A stretch of 64,000 bases of DNA from Phoronis australis (Eukaryota; Animalia; Phoronida). Location: positions 484,458-548,457 of the forward strand of contig NMRA01000292.1 in NCBI GenBank assembly GCA_002633005.1, given 5' to 3'. The first letter of the stretch is position 1. The number at the start of each line of letters is the position of its first letter. The translations under genes and the position numbers were made by a program. Below the pieces are notes generated by a model, which searched no databases, had not been told where the DNA came from, and saw nothing but the letters and a program-made list of their open reading frames with translations. Below are positions 39,056 to 51,400 of the stretch, piece after piece.

Positions 39056-40175
39056 CACAGGCGCTTGGGTTTATCGCAAATGACGTCACTCAATAATATA
39101 TATAAGAAAACATAAAGGTTGGACGCTCGAAACCTGTTTGCTCAGAATTTTCTACTCAAATGTGCATGGAACTCTACGAAACTAGCATCGGACAACTCTT
39201 AGAATACCTTCTTTCATTCGATCTCTTCAAATTGCCTTCGAGTGGCGATTTGGCGACAAAAATGCCAAAAGAATGCCAAAATCACAAATTCAAGGACCTG
39301 GTTCAGTGATATCATGGCAGACGGTCTTCGCACATCCGGGTTTTTGACGGACGCTCCCGAGCTAAATCCGAAAGTCTAATTTCGCGCGGCTTTCGCCGTC
39401 AATCCATCGACTACTTGATCATGAGAAGCAGAGAGCACTTTATTGCCAAATAAATGTAATTACTCACATATTTGTGTCAAATATAAATTATCCTGATACA
39501 GTATTGATATGCGAAGTTTTTTGTGTACTGTGATTTCTTATGAAGGTTTTATTTTTGGCCAAAACCATTGAGTTAACTCGTCGGCCACGCGCATTGTAAT
39601 ACTTGCACGGGCTGCGTTTTCTGGCCGAGTGTGTGTTGTGCTTCAATCAAAAAAGTGCGTGATGTCAAGATGAGAAACAAGATACGCCAGTTTATGCAAT
39701 AAAATTCTAAGTTAAGGGCTAAAATGAGCCGTCAGTGGAATAAAGTTACAAATAATCATTAAAATACTAACTTTAACATTCTCAATTAGTTGAGTTTTGG
39801 ATTAGAGTTATTGAATTTGAAATATAGGTTGCTTGCTCAAACTTGAAGTTTCACCTACGTCAGGCGTACAAGTTGAAGCACAACAGAAATCCGCCATGTT
39901 TACTATTTCAGGTCCTTGAATTCAGAGTTTTGAGATTGTTTTGGAAATTCCATCGCCAATTCACCACTCACGAAGACAGTTAATGGGATCTAGGAAAGAT
40001 AAGGCTTCGAAGGTTTATGCAACACCAAACTGAGGGAGGTGCACGCAGATTTTATTTGGATTTTGGACGGTTGAAGTTGGGAGCCTCGGCTTAGCAAAGT
40101 TTAAGTGTCCAACCTTTATGTTTTCTTATATATATTATTGAGTGACGTCATTTGCGATAAACCCAAGCGCCTGTG
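39056..40175. mobile_element. Young non-autonomous DNA transposon: perfect 69-bp TIRs, 8-bp TSD CTTTATAC (P-element- or hAT-like)
   Basis: CTTTATAC (39048-39055)|CACAGGCGCTTGGG...GGAC and exact inverse 40107-40175|CTTTATAC (40176-40183). No internal ORF of 60 aa or more. Confidence 0.92.
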
Positions 40176-41146
40176 CTTTATACGAGATACGAGAATGGTC
40201 TTTCCTGAGGTGCGCATGCGTGAATGAATGGATGCACTTATTTATTTGTTAGTTTTAGTACTTGTTTATCAATGCTAAGAAATACCTGAAAATTAGATTC
40301 ATTGGAAATGTTTCATATCTGCGCATGTGCCAACTTCAGCAATGGGTTTAGTTAAGAGGAAATCAAAATCATGGCTTCAACCTGGCTGATCTCAAAATGT
40401 CGTTGACGACGGTGATTTTCAATCCTTAGTCTGCTTTTTTGTGCTGTAAACTCTTGTTTATTAAGGGGTCAACCGAATTTTTCCCAAACTAGGAATACTT
40501 TTCAATATTCAAAATATTGTTCTACAATTTGGCAATTTGCCTTCAAAATAACCCAAGTTCTTGCAAAAAAACGAGTCCGTCACGATTCGCGGTAACCGAA
40601 GTCTTCCAATCGACTCATACTGTCACTAGCGAGTTAGACGTGTCGTAGATCGACTGTAGCTGCATCCTTGGTTTACACGGGCTTCTTAGCCCACTTTTTG
40701 TCAGTAAGACAACTCGTATGTTTGTCGCACTCAACAGACTTGTTCACGATATAACCTTGGGATGGACTTAGATTTTAACAGTACGTTGCCACTCGGTGCA
40801 TTGGTTTCATCCGGGATGTGTCCACTTGCTGTTTGTCAATTAAAAAATTAAACATTTCATTTCAATTCTCTGTTTTAACAATGAAAATTGCTCAAAACGA
40901 AATAGATTTTTATATAATTATTTTATTTTAACATTACAAAATATAATAAGGTTCATACATTGTATTACCAATTCCCTAAATTAAATAAGGATAACAGCAC
41001 AGTGGTAAGACATGTGTGAAACGAACCGCCATAAGAGGACTCAATGAGACTCCCGATTTGTCCTCTCACTTTCTTGTTTACCAGAAAAAGAAGCATGATG
41101 CGTGGATAGTCAGCATGCAATATTAGTAAGCCTTGGAGGCATTTGT

Positions 41147-43873
41147 TTAATCAGTGAGTTCTACCATCTCGTGGTTCACGGGATTTTTCGCTACTTCCGC
41201 TTTCTCCATAAGTCGAGGCATGGCGTAATATAACTTTTCTTTGAATAAACGGTCTGTCACTTTTAGGAATGTTTTGGTATTGAAATATGCTCTAAGCTTT
41301 GGATTCAAGGATCTTAAGTTAACACTTTTTTCCACAACTATTACAATCAGTTTGTTTTCTTTTGTCTCCAAAAAAGTTTTATGTGCCGTTAAAAATTCGA
41401 ATTGGCACCACTCACTGTCAATGAAATTCTTTGAAACTACGAGTACTGTCCGCTTGCTCTTTTGAATAGCTTGGATGATATTTTCAGTAATTGGAAGTCC
41501 AGGTATAAAGTCTCGTTCGTGAAAGCATGTTTTAAATGGCGGATCGTGCTCGTTCTCCAATAGTGGCAATAGGTGATTCCTCACCCAGTCTCCGTCGAGA
41601 CTGGAGTAGGAGACAAAAGCGTCGAAATTTCTGTCTGAGCAATTATCGACATTTTTACGACCAGCTACTCGAATATCGATATTCCACTTTACGAATAAGA
41701 TAACTTTTATATCTTCACTAAAAACAGTAACTATTACAATGACGATGAGAAGTACAGTTGACGAAACACCAACAGACACTGCCACAGCTGTGTAATCGCT
41801 TTTAGCATCACAGCGAAGCTCCGTGACAACGTCATCACTAAAACGCTTTCCACGCATTTTCGAAGGATGACTACAAAAAAGCCCATGTGAGTCAGTTACG
41901 ACACTGCTCTTCGATAACACCCACTTTATAAACCACACTTCACTGCACGTGCAGTTCCAGGAATTCCCACTCAAAGATATAGCAGTTGAATTCGCCAACG
42001 ACGACTCCAGAAGTCTCCGCGGCATCGTGGTCAATTTATTTTTCGCAACATTTAGCACCTTGATGTTCCTCAACTGTATCAGAGCCGCATCTGATACGTT
42101 CCGGATGTTGTTGCCGGAAATGTCTAGATCGATAATGTTGGGAAAGTAGGCACGACCAGTTACTTCTGTCAAATGGTTGTTGGAAAAGTTCGTTGTGAGA
42201 CGATAGTCCTTGAGACGAGGAAGCTTCTCAGGTAGGGAGGTTAAATTTGAGCAGGAAACGTCAACGAGTTTGTTATCCCTGTCCGCAATGCAAGAACAAT
42301 CTGATGGACAATTCGCGATAACTGCACATGAGTGATTAAACCATTCCACCTCTGATATTTTCTTGTTCTGAAGCGACACCGGTCGAGAACATTTCCATTC
42401 TGATTGATCAACATATTCTTGTTTCACTTTTTTGTTGTCTTGGTTTAGAAATTTGTTGAGGATATTCCATATGTCTAGGTCATCAGCTTCTTCTGTTTTG
42501 GTGGCCTGAAATAAATTCCGATATTCGGACATGTTGCAATCACACCAAAAGTCATTGTCTGCAGCATATAGTTTTATTTTGGACCCTGAACTGGCGATAC
42601 CGGAAATAGCGGAATGGTGCATCGGTGGGTGGCGCAGACGATTTCTTCTCAAATCGACTGTAACGGTGGAAAACTGAGCGTCAGGCGCGTTTGCTTCTGT
42701 AAATTCTGTCAGAGCGTTTCCGCTTAAATTCACTTCTTTCAGCAAATAGAGTTTAGCCGTAAATGCTTGGGGTTCACTAGTGGAAATTCGGTTGTTGTCC
42801 AGTTTAATTTTGTACAACTTACCCATCTCCTGAAAAAGTCCTTTAGGTACGGTCATAATACTGTTCTTGTCGAGATAGATGATAGCCAAGTTCTTGCCAA
42901 AGACAGGGAGGCTTGAGACTTTGTTGTTGGTCAAATACACGTGAGGAGGAAGTAGATCACAACTCAAGCTAGAAATGTCGTCAACTAGGTTGTTATCCAA
43001 GTGAATTTCTCGCACTTCTCCATTGTACAGCCTGTAGTTCCAGTAATCGCCGCAAACACACGGTGGGATTTCTCTGATGAAATTATCAGTCGCCCAAAGT
43101 TGAAGCAATTGAGGACTATTTTGATAAAGTCCACATTCGATCGTCCGTATATTATTGTTGTGTATTTGAAATTGATGCAGCACCGGCAAAGAGACATTCG
43201 CTATGTTTCCTGGAAATGTGGTAAGATTGTTTCTTGGAAACGTCATCAAGCGTAGCTTATTTAATCCACGAAAATGTACATTTTCCCAGAATCCGTCAGA
43301 AATTATATCAGACATGTGGAAACGTTCGAGAAGAGTTGAAGTTGGGAACACCAAGGATGCCTGGCCTGTTGTCATGCGACATCCGTTGATTGAAAAATAA
43401 CTGGAATTTCTGAGAAATCCAGCGTCGTTCCACAAGATTGTTTGGCGGTTTTGGCACTTAATAAATATCTCAAGACTACGATCAGAGGTATTGACTTGAT
43501 TTCTTTGGAATGCCCGTATTTCATCTCCTAAATTAAAGGCAGTTGTCGTGTAGTTTATGTAACAGTCAACGTCGACTACATATTTGAGAGAGGAGTTGTA
43601 AAACACATTGGGAGCCCTTTTTTCCAGACTGGTCCGTAAACGACGATAAACTGCCTCTCCACAAGTGCAAAAGCGAGGACATGGTTGAACGGTTTGCAAT
43701 ACGTAAACGTGGACGGAAACGATTAACACCAGCCGGACAAGCCAAGACGCTGCAAGAAAAAAGCAGACGCAATTCATTATTTCACTTAAAGCTGCATTTC
43801 GATTTGTTTCGCTGGCTACAAACAAAATCGAATTATAAAATCTTTGTTTTAGTCTCATAATATTCATTACCAT
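41147..43873 (-). CDS. Toll-like receptor, multiple-cysteine-cluster (protostome) type, intronless CDS, 908 aa (TLR-A)
   Basis: Hydrophobic N-terminal segment, LRRNT CPRFCTC, LRRs, internal LRRCT (NDFWCDC) + LRRNT (CPSDCSC), three more LRRs, LRRCT (NSWNCTC), TM segment, complete TIR (FDAFVSYS, HERDFIPG, SEWCQFEF, LYYAMP). ATG 43873 has GCCATGG context; ATG 43777 is an alternative start. Confidence 0.96.
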   Translation of the reverse strand: MVMNIMRLKQRFYNSILFVASETNRNAALSEIMNCVCFFLAASWLVRLVLIVSVHVYVLQTVQPCPRFCTCGEAVYRRLRTSLEKRAPNVFYNSSLKYVVDVDCYINYTTTAFNLGDEIRAFQRNQVNTSDRSLEIFIKCQNRQTILWNDAGFLRNSSYFSINGCRMTTGQASLVFPTSTLLERFHMSDIISDGFWENVHFRGLNKLRLMTFPRNNLTTFPGNIANVSLPVLHQFQIHNNNIRTIECGLYQNSPQLLQLWATDNFIREIPPCVCGDYWNYRLYNGEVREIHLDNNLVDDISSLSCDLLPPHVYLTNNKVSSLPVFGKNLAIIYLDKNSIMTVPKGLFQEMGKLYKIKLDNNRISTSEPQAFTAKLYLLKEVNLSGNALTEFTEANAPDAQFSTVTVDLRRNRLRHPPMHHSAISGIASSGSKIKLYAADNDFWCDCNMSEYRNLFQATKTEEADDLDIWNILNKFLNQDNKKVKQEYVDQSEWKCSRPVSLQNKKISEVEWFNHSCAVIANCPSDCSCIADRDNKLVDVSCSNLTSLPEKLPRLKDYRLTTNFSNNHLTEVTGRAYFPNIIDLDISGNNIRNVSDAALIQLRNIKVLNVAKNKLTTMPRRLLESSLANSTAISLSGNSWNCTCSEVWFIKWVLSKSSVVTDSHGLFCSHPSKMRGKRFSDDVVTELRCDAKSDYTAVAVSVGVSSTVLLIVIVIVTVFSEDIKVILFVKWNIDIRVAGRKNVDNCSDRNFDAFVSYSSLDGDWVRNHLLPLLENEHDPPFKTCFHERDFIPGLPITENIIQAIQKSKRTVLVVSKNFIDSEWCQFEFLTAHKTFLETKENKLIVIVVEKSVNLRSLNPKLRAYFNTKTFLKVTDRLFKEKLYYAMPRLMEKAEVAKNPVNHEMVELTD

Positions 43874-44014
43874 GGCAGCATTCTATTCCTGTTATCAACA
43901 AGAACACTGAAACGATCGGCCACTCAAGAAAACGCTTTAGACTTCATTGGGGTTGATGGGTAACCCTAAAACTGCCAATTCGAATAGGTGCGTGTACGCA
44001 TTGTGAGATATTGT

Positions 44015-44380
44015 ACAGTTTTCACTGGGTTTTGCATAGTAGAGCACAAATAACTGAATTTGTTGCTTTTATTCCACGCTATCGAAAACAGTGTGAACTA
44101 AATGAAAAAGCGCTACAAGTGACAACAGAAAGTTTATTCTGTCTCACATTTTTTGGCACTTTCACTTCCACCGAGAAGAAAGCTGGGCTCTGAAAAAGTG
44201 TCAAAAAGCGTAAAATTGGCAGTTTTTAGCGCAAATCACCACTGTCCTACCAATATTAGACAAATTACACAAACATTGTCCAAAAGTTTTGCCATTATGT
44301 GAAATTCTGGGTGGTTTGAGGGCTACCTAAAATCACAGCAGATTTCTCAGTCGTTACCCATGCAGCAATGCACAATGATA
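44015..44380 (+). repeat. Dispersed repeat family A, copy 3, immediately upstream of TLR-A
   Basis: ACAGTTTTCACTGGGTTTTGC start and GAGGGCTACCTAAAATCACAGCAGATTTCTCAG block shared with 1-571(-). Confidence 0.65.
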
Positions 44381-45169
44381 GTGAGCCGCAATTTCGAAAA
44401 AAGGTCACTTTCTACACCCGAAGTTGTAGACTTTTCTCATTTCTAACATGTTCACAAACACAAGAAAACCACATTCACTGCACCTACACGTTAAGTCTAC
44501 CTCAAACCTAACGCCAAACCTGGCATACCACTTTCTTGATAGTGCAAACCGACGCTACAGTCTGACTGCGCAGTGCCACCTTGCGAGACACGAGTTGGTA
44601 ACGGAAATGGAATCTTACTTATCACAGTAAGGGACCGATTTTATGCCAGATACGCTGGGCAAAATGCAACTTTAGCTATCAGGCGTTTGTTTCATGTAGG
44701 CAGATTCGTTCCTTCCCCATTAGCATTTCGGAAAAAATGATTTCATCTCACTCCTCTCCAGCAGTATTTCTCGGATTTTCTCAAAAAATTCCTTCCATTA
44801 TTGCAACGAAATGAATGGGTTTTCAATGTTACAACTTTTTCACTGAGCGTCTTGAGAATTAGAAATAGTTAATCTGCCGTCACACTGAGGGTTTAAACTT
44901 GATGTACATTTTTACCGTAAATAACAATGCGAGTTTGTCACCTGTAAGCTTGGTTAGAAAGTTTTCACTTCAATGTAATTATTATGTTTCTTGTGCTTGG
45001 GTATAACTACTTTTAAAAAACATTGGGTATTAATTGCTGCATATGTGAGTACATGAATATTTGATTGTTCAAATTTCAAACACAATTGAAACAGCTTTAC
45101 AGATTGTACACACACGAGCACGCACGTACTTACAAACGTAAACATAGATTATTGCAAGTCGAGGCTGTT

Positions 45170-45560
45170 GGTTGGTCGGTTGGTTATTTAGTTAGTTATT
45201 ATAGAGACAAATACAATTATCTATTGCAACAATACAATCCAGTTGATATGTATATACCCAGTCCCAACCTTTTGGAGTTTTCTGTCACCTTCAATACCAC
45301 ATATATTTGAATGATAGGATAACGTCTCATTTCTTCTGAAGTAGGCTTCTTTTACAAATTTGGAAAATTGGCAAGGAAAGCTATGAAACGTAAGCTGAAG
45401 TTTTTTAATGTCACTCAAACAATTAAAGTCTAAATTGTGAGAAGCAATTTTTGAGTTTATTTTTGGGTGATTATAAAATGGGCAGATAAAAGTGTAATTC
45501 ATCTTCCGTTAAATTTAGGCTACAACTAGTACAAATTCTTTCATGTTATTTCCGGACACT
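45170..45560 (-). mobile_element. LINE 3' remnant between the TLR genes
   Basis: EDELHF/(frameshift)ICPFY...FSKFVKEAYFRR resembles the LINE C-terminal Cys/His region; followed by an (AACC)n-like tail. Confidence 0.55.
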
Positions 45561-47956
45561 CTTGGGATTTGGAGGATTTATAACCCGATGGGCGGCAGCA
45601 GATAGCGTATCGGACGTTCGATCTCAGGATTTGCCTTCTGGTCGCACAACATTTAAGCGTTATTGGTGTTGAACATTAAAGGCACAGTATCGGCGTTAAA
45701 CATGATTTTTCTGAGAGCAGTCTCAGCGCAGAACCGTGTCTGCATCCTTTATGGTCACAGTCTAGCGTAGGGCTGGAGATAAATCCTACTGGACGAATGG
45801 CAGAATATTTTAGCGCATTTAGCTAGTTAAGTGACCGACCTTGATTTTAGCCAGTGTCTGGCACATCTTGCGAGAACTGGCTATTTGCAATAAAATCACA
45901 AAACCCAAACGGTTGTTGTTTTATAGCTCTGTTCAAAGCAAATAACTACAAAAAGTCTATTCCATCCAACAATAATCATCAAACTGTGTTTTGCGCTTTT
46001 TTGGTCGTAAAACCGATGTCGTCAGTTTAAAACACGTCTAATGTCGCTTTCCCATTAGGGGAACTTACCTTTTCGACTACATAGCGCTATCGAAGTTATC
46101 GCTATGACAACTGACGACGCATTTAATTCGTGCTCTTAAACGATAAGTACTTCTGACCTTTCCCACTGCACCGAAGCTTCGGTAAATTCGCTTTTAAATC
46201 CTACTATTTTAGGGAAATTTTCGCTTACAGATTAAATACCGGACTCTTTCCCTCTTACCGAAACTTCGGCAAAAGCGAAGTTTCACTTCTAATGGAAAAG
46301 CGACGAACACGTTTGGTCTCGCATCACAACTGTTCAGTTTGACATTGGTAAGCAATTGACTTCTGCATGACCGTTTAAACGAAATTTGCCAAATCAAATT
46401 TCTTGTGGCAGTGGGCGTATCACACGTCTAACAGCCAGTGGTCTATTAAAACGGAGCTTTGAGTACACCACTGTTTTCATGAGCGTTTTGAATAGGCGTC
46501 CTAAAGAGATGTTACTGAAAAACAATAGTATGATGTCAACCAAAAATTGTTGAAACTAGTCCTTACACCTTACAAAGCGAGGCGTATTTCTTAACTTCGT
46601 GTGATCAGTGATCTATGAGGACATTCACGTCCTTGCTAGTTGTCTACTATTACCACTGAAATTAAAATTCAACTTATAAATGTATTTGGTGAAAGGGTAC
46701 CTTTACTGTTACGTTTTGACAAGCCAGTTATTAATAACGACTGAAACTGAAGTTCAACTTTTCAAAATGATGGAACTTAGCCCGAGTTATATAAGACGGA
46801 AGGTAGCATTTTTTCTCGGTCACTTTTCAACATGCCAGTAGCAACATGCAACCGAAAGGGAGCTGAATAAACTATAACGTATTCAAACGTCCCATAGTTG
46901 GCGATTCATTTACAAAGTACCATCAAGGTTATAACGAAATAAACGAAATATATTATTTACGTAGCAACATTCTCTGTTGATTGATTCGGTTAGCAATGCT
47001 GATTGTTAAATGCGAGCCTTTTGTCCAAAAAACAACTTTTGATTAGGTCACATGCGGTTTCGAAATGTTTTTCATCTTTTTCCTTACTCGGGTTAGAACG
47101 AATTTCTTGCTTCAGTAGATCTGCCTGCTCGTTATTGCTTCAAACCAAGGTCCTGACACGCAAGGTTGTTTCAGCCTCCCACCACTTCATACCTCGCGCA
47201 AATAACCTATTTCATGCTAAACACGTAGATGGCTGTTGTTTCGAGGTTATATTTTTGGACCAAAGCTTTATTATCAAGTTTGGCTGTCGCTGATAAGAAA
47301 CAAGGATTGGTGTCGCCTACGACGACTAGAAACGTGATAAATATTCACGGGTACAGGGTGACGTCACGACAACAAAGTTGGAACACAAAGGCGTGTAAAT
47401 AGGTTACCCGCGATGACTTTGACCGGTCAACTTGGGGTACCCTGAAACAATCATCCACGATACTGCCACAGACCATTAAGCAGAGCTACTTTTCCATTGG
47501 TGCAGTCTTCCGCCATGTGAGTGACCGAGTAGGCAACGCCGGTACCGATGGCGTTGGACATTCAAACTCCAAAATAACGCACTTCCAGAGCAAGCCGGAG
47601 TGAGAAGGCCTAACCTAGACCTAGGAGTGATATTGGTCCTAGCCTGGACTCGATGAACACCAAATGATTACAAGCCCTAATGGCAGTACACATGGAGAAA
47701 GCTCCCCTAGAATAGTTCCGAATAGTTCCATATGGTAAAATGATACGAATGAATAATGCTTCGAATGCAAACGATTGACTGCCATGACAAGTTAAACTTA
47801 CATTTGTTATGACTTGGAACACCGGAGTTATTCATTCTTTAATTCCACTGACAGCCGAATGAACAACTTAGACTTCAACCGGCGACACATCGGTAGTGTT
47901 CAGTAGCACTCCTCGTTGTTTTCAACAACACTATAACAGCTGGAATAGTATACGTC

Positions 47957-47966
47957 GGAATTTCCC
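47957..47966 (-). promoter_or_regulatory. Consensus NF-kB site GGGAAATTCC
   Basis: GGAATTTCCC on +; exact match to GGGRNWYYCC, ~450 bp upstream of the TLR-B ATG exon. Function is not demonstrated. Confidence 0.4.
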
Positions 47967-48412
47967 TGAAAACTCACTCTCGATTCTAATTGGACAGTTC
48001 GCGTTTGACGTTCAGCTTGTTATGAGAGTTCAAATAAAATTATCCTAGAATTCAGAACACAAGTTGTTCGACGAAAAAACCTGTACTACTTTTGTCAAAA
48101 GCACTAAAATATTTTCAGACAATGTTTTCATTTTTGGTCGAGCGAAAGACAACCTTTTGCGACGTCTATCTAGAATATTCTAGGTTTTCTGTATGAGGAT
48201 GTCGAGGTCGTGTAAATTTTCACTCAGCATGTGAGTCGCGCTGAGGCCGGAAATGACTCTCAACTTTGACCTGCTCCCACTGAATGTGGGACGTATAGCT
48301 AATCAAACGGCGGAGAGAAGTCCAGCACTCAGAAGCCTGAGCCCCTTCAGATTCGGCGACAAAACAATTCCACTGAAAGCACCAACAGGATAATCTGGTT
48401 ACATTGCGCAAG

Positions 48413-51400
48413 ATGGTAAGTTATTTAAACGACAGTTTTGCGATAACTTTTAACCAAAAACTGAGCCTACAAGCGGAGACCGTATCGTCTTTGCTTCTAG
48501 TATATTGAAATAACATCGCCAAACAATTTCAACATTATGTTGGAGGTCGAAAAACCGTGTATGAGCTTAGAACATTACTAGACACATCATACCTGCGCCA
48601 CTTATAGATTTATACTTAAGTAGTTTTTTATACACTTTAAGAATCTGCCGCTTGTTATTTTCATATTTTGTTTACACGTTTTTCGTCACGACATGTTTGC
48701 AAAAAGTTGCTAGGGAGAGTGGGGTGCAACTACATCTGAGCAACAGTGGCAGGATATAGGGTAATTTGCAAACGCGCAAACTAAAATGTGTCGTTGTAAT
48801 CGACACGTTTCATTTCTCAAGGGAAACCCGCCGAAACCTAGTCATCGTCACGCAGCACCCCATCGCGCGTACATTTTTGTCGCTTTGTTTAGAAACGTGT
48901 TGAAAAAAGTCCCAGAAATGTGTCGTTTATTGGCCATTTGTGTCCCTTTCTGAAAGGAGCCCTGAAAACAAAGCACATATAGGCAAGCAAACGTAAAAGT
49001 GGAAATGTTAGGCATAAAGATCACAGCGTCGAGTGCCAGGCCTCCGGCTTGATGGCCGGGATCCGCCACCGGCTCTGCGCTCGGCGAACAGCCGCAGTCC
49101 ACATGGTTAAGTCGGCCTGGCTCTGCGCCACTGAGCGATGCGACGCGGTGCGCATGGCGCCATGCAGTTACACGACTTACCAGTTCGACCAACGACCGAC
49201 GGCCTGGGAGCGCCGTGTCAGTAGCCAATGGAGGGGGAGGCAACATTCTTTGCTGGGGGAGTAAACAAAATGTGAGCACAGCCCTTGTAGACACTAATTT
49301 CGCTCGTCCGTTATCCTGGTTGTCTTCGATATCGATGATTGGCGTCACGGTAATTAATTTAAGGATCAGCTTCATACACGTCATGTTTAGTTGTACCCAG
49401 CTAATCCCAATTTATCTCAACACTTGGTTCTGCAATGCCCCTCTACAGGACAAAACGTTTTCGGTCTGGTATAATAATAGCATTGATTTTCAGCCCTGTA
49501 CGTAAAAAACTGCGGCCTCTGTGAGCATTTGGAACTGAATTTAAAAAATGCCACGTGCGCCATCTTGAATCGGATCATGAAGAAAAACAAAAGGCTTCGA
49601 GCTATAGAAGTTGTTTATGCATTTCGTGCGAATCAGACGAAAAATGCGACCTGACGAGTGCAAACAAAAAAATGATGTCAGAGCAACATACTTGGCGAAA
49701 TTCTTTCGCCAAGTAAAAAGGAGAAATGTTTACAAACATGTTCGGCTAGTAGCTTGAAATCGTCATTGGCCTTGGGCCCCTCGCGATATATTGTAGTTCC
49801 ACCTATGTCCTAGGGGTATGGCGGTACCAAGAGAACCCGAATTTCATCACTAATGCCAATTAACTATTTCAGGTCACCTTGACGTTTGGTGCCATAATCC
49901 AAGTTGTCGTGTTGGCTTCCTTGTGTGCCCACTTCACGTTGGGGCAACTGAAAGCGACGCAACAGCCACTTCATGCGAACAGTTCCAACAGTGAAACGAA
50001 TCCCATGGGAGACATCTTGTTGAAAAGCTTATCGATTCTTAAAGGATTGCTTGACACATTGTCAAAAGGCGGTAGTGATTCCCGACGTCACTCCTCTAAC
50101 CAGTCCTACTGTCCTTCCCAGTGCAAGTGCAACGCCTCGTTTGAAACGTGGGTTTATGGGATCAAAACGAATGACGAGGTCGGCTCAGATATAGACTGCC
50201 ACTTGAACAGCGGTTCATTTGACGTGTTCAATGAGCTGATGTTAATTTCCAGCTCCATCAAGACGCTGGCAAACGAAACCAGAATCAGTCGAGGACTGAG
50301 ATTGTCTTGTGACAATGGTGCTATTATTTTGTGGGACAGCACCAAATTAACCAATCAAACATCTATTTACCGGATTGAACTAAATGGGTGCAGAATAACG
50401 TCTGACGATGCTATTCAATTTTCCCATTTCAGAATATTGCAGTACTTAACTCTAAACCAAGTTGTTGATTTCAAAAATAGTAACGTCTTGTTTGAAGGTC
50501 TTCACGAATTGAAAAACTTAACATTATCTGGAAATCGAATGGAGACAATGCCATCTACATGTGCACGATCAGTTTTGCCCAAGTTAAGTTATTTAAATGT
50601 AAATAATAATTTCCTGACTTCCATTGAATGTCGTGTGATTCGAAATTTACCGAGTTTGTCCGAACTGTGGGTTTCTGGGAACAGATTTTCGGAAATACAA
50701 CCATGCTGGTTGGAAGCCAACCTGTTGCGACTGGAAGCTGAAAATAACGTAATTGCCAATATGGATGTATTTGGAATCTTTAAGGGATCCATTACTATGG
50801 TAAATTTGGCACGTAATGTTATCAAAGAATTTCCACAGATAACAACAACAGTATACATGCTCAACGTGAGTTTCAACAGGTTGACTGCACTTCGCAAGGA
50901 ACATTTTCGGTCAATGCCTGGATCTGGAAACCCTTTCATGGATATAATAAAGCGGGCCATGTTGTTTTACTCGCTAGATTTTAGTCACAACCACATTGCT
51001 TACATTGAACCAGGAACATTTGACAAAGTCTCAGTTGCCATGAAATTCGTCGATTTAAGCGACAACCGTTTAACCAGATACGAATGGGAGCATGCCCCTA
51101 CTGGTTTGATCTCAGGATTCAAGCTTGATGTCCGTAATAACAGACTTTTGTTTCCTCCATTTTACAACACAGGCTTCGTACCACCTTCGCGCGTGATAAT
51201 GTTTGCTTCCGGAAACCCCTACACTTGCAACTGTGAATCAGTAAAAGAAATGCAACGACTGCCTTCTGTTGGATTTCGTCGATCAGCTGGACAAATTGGA
51301 GATTTCAGTCTAGATTTTGCTGATGCCTTCGATATTCTAAGACATACTAACTTACTATATGACCTGTTGAGCAAAGAACCCTCAATAGCAGTTTACGATG

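Noticed and set aside
39056-39062. CACAG terminus as a RAG/Transib RSS heptamer
   Set aside because: The sequence is CACAGGC, not CACAGTG; no nonamer is seen; the TSD is 8 bp whereas Transib/ProtoRAG make 5 bp.
41241-43400. Antisense ORFs overlapping the TLR CDSs (also 50154-52364)
   Set aside because: Short shadow ORFs on the opposite strand of real coding sequence, with no independent support.
45590-45640. tRNA or tRNA-derived SINE head (GTTCGATC B-box-like)
   Set aside because: No cloverleaf, no convincing A-box spacing and no second copy in the window.
48848-49384. 178-aa minus-strand ORF in TLR-B intron 1
   Set aside because: Explained by local GC richness; no recognisable domain.
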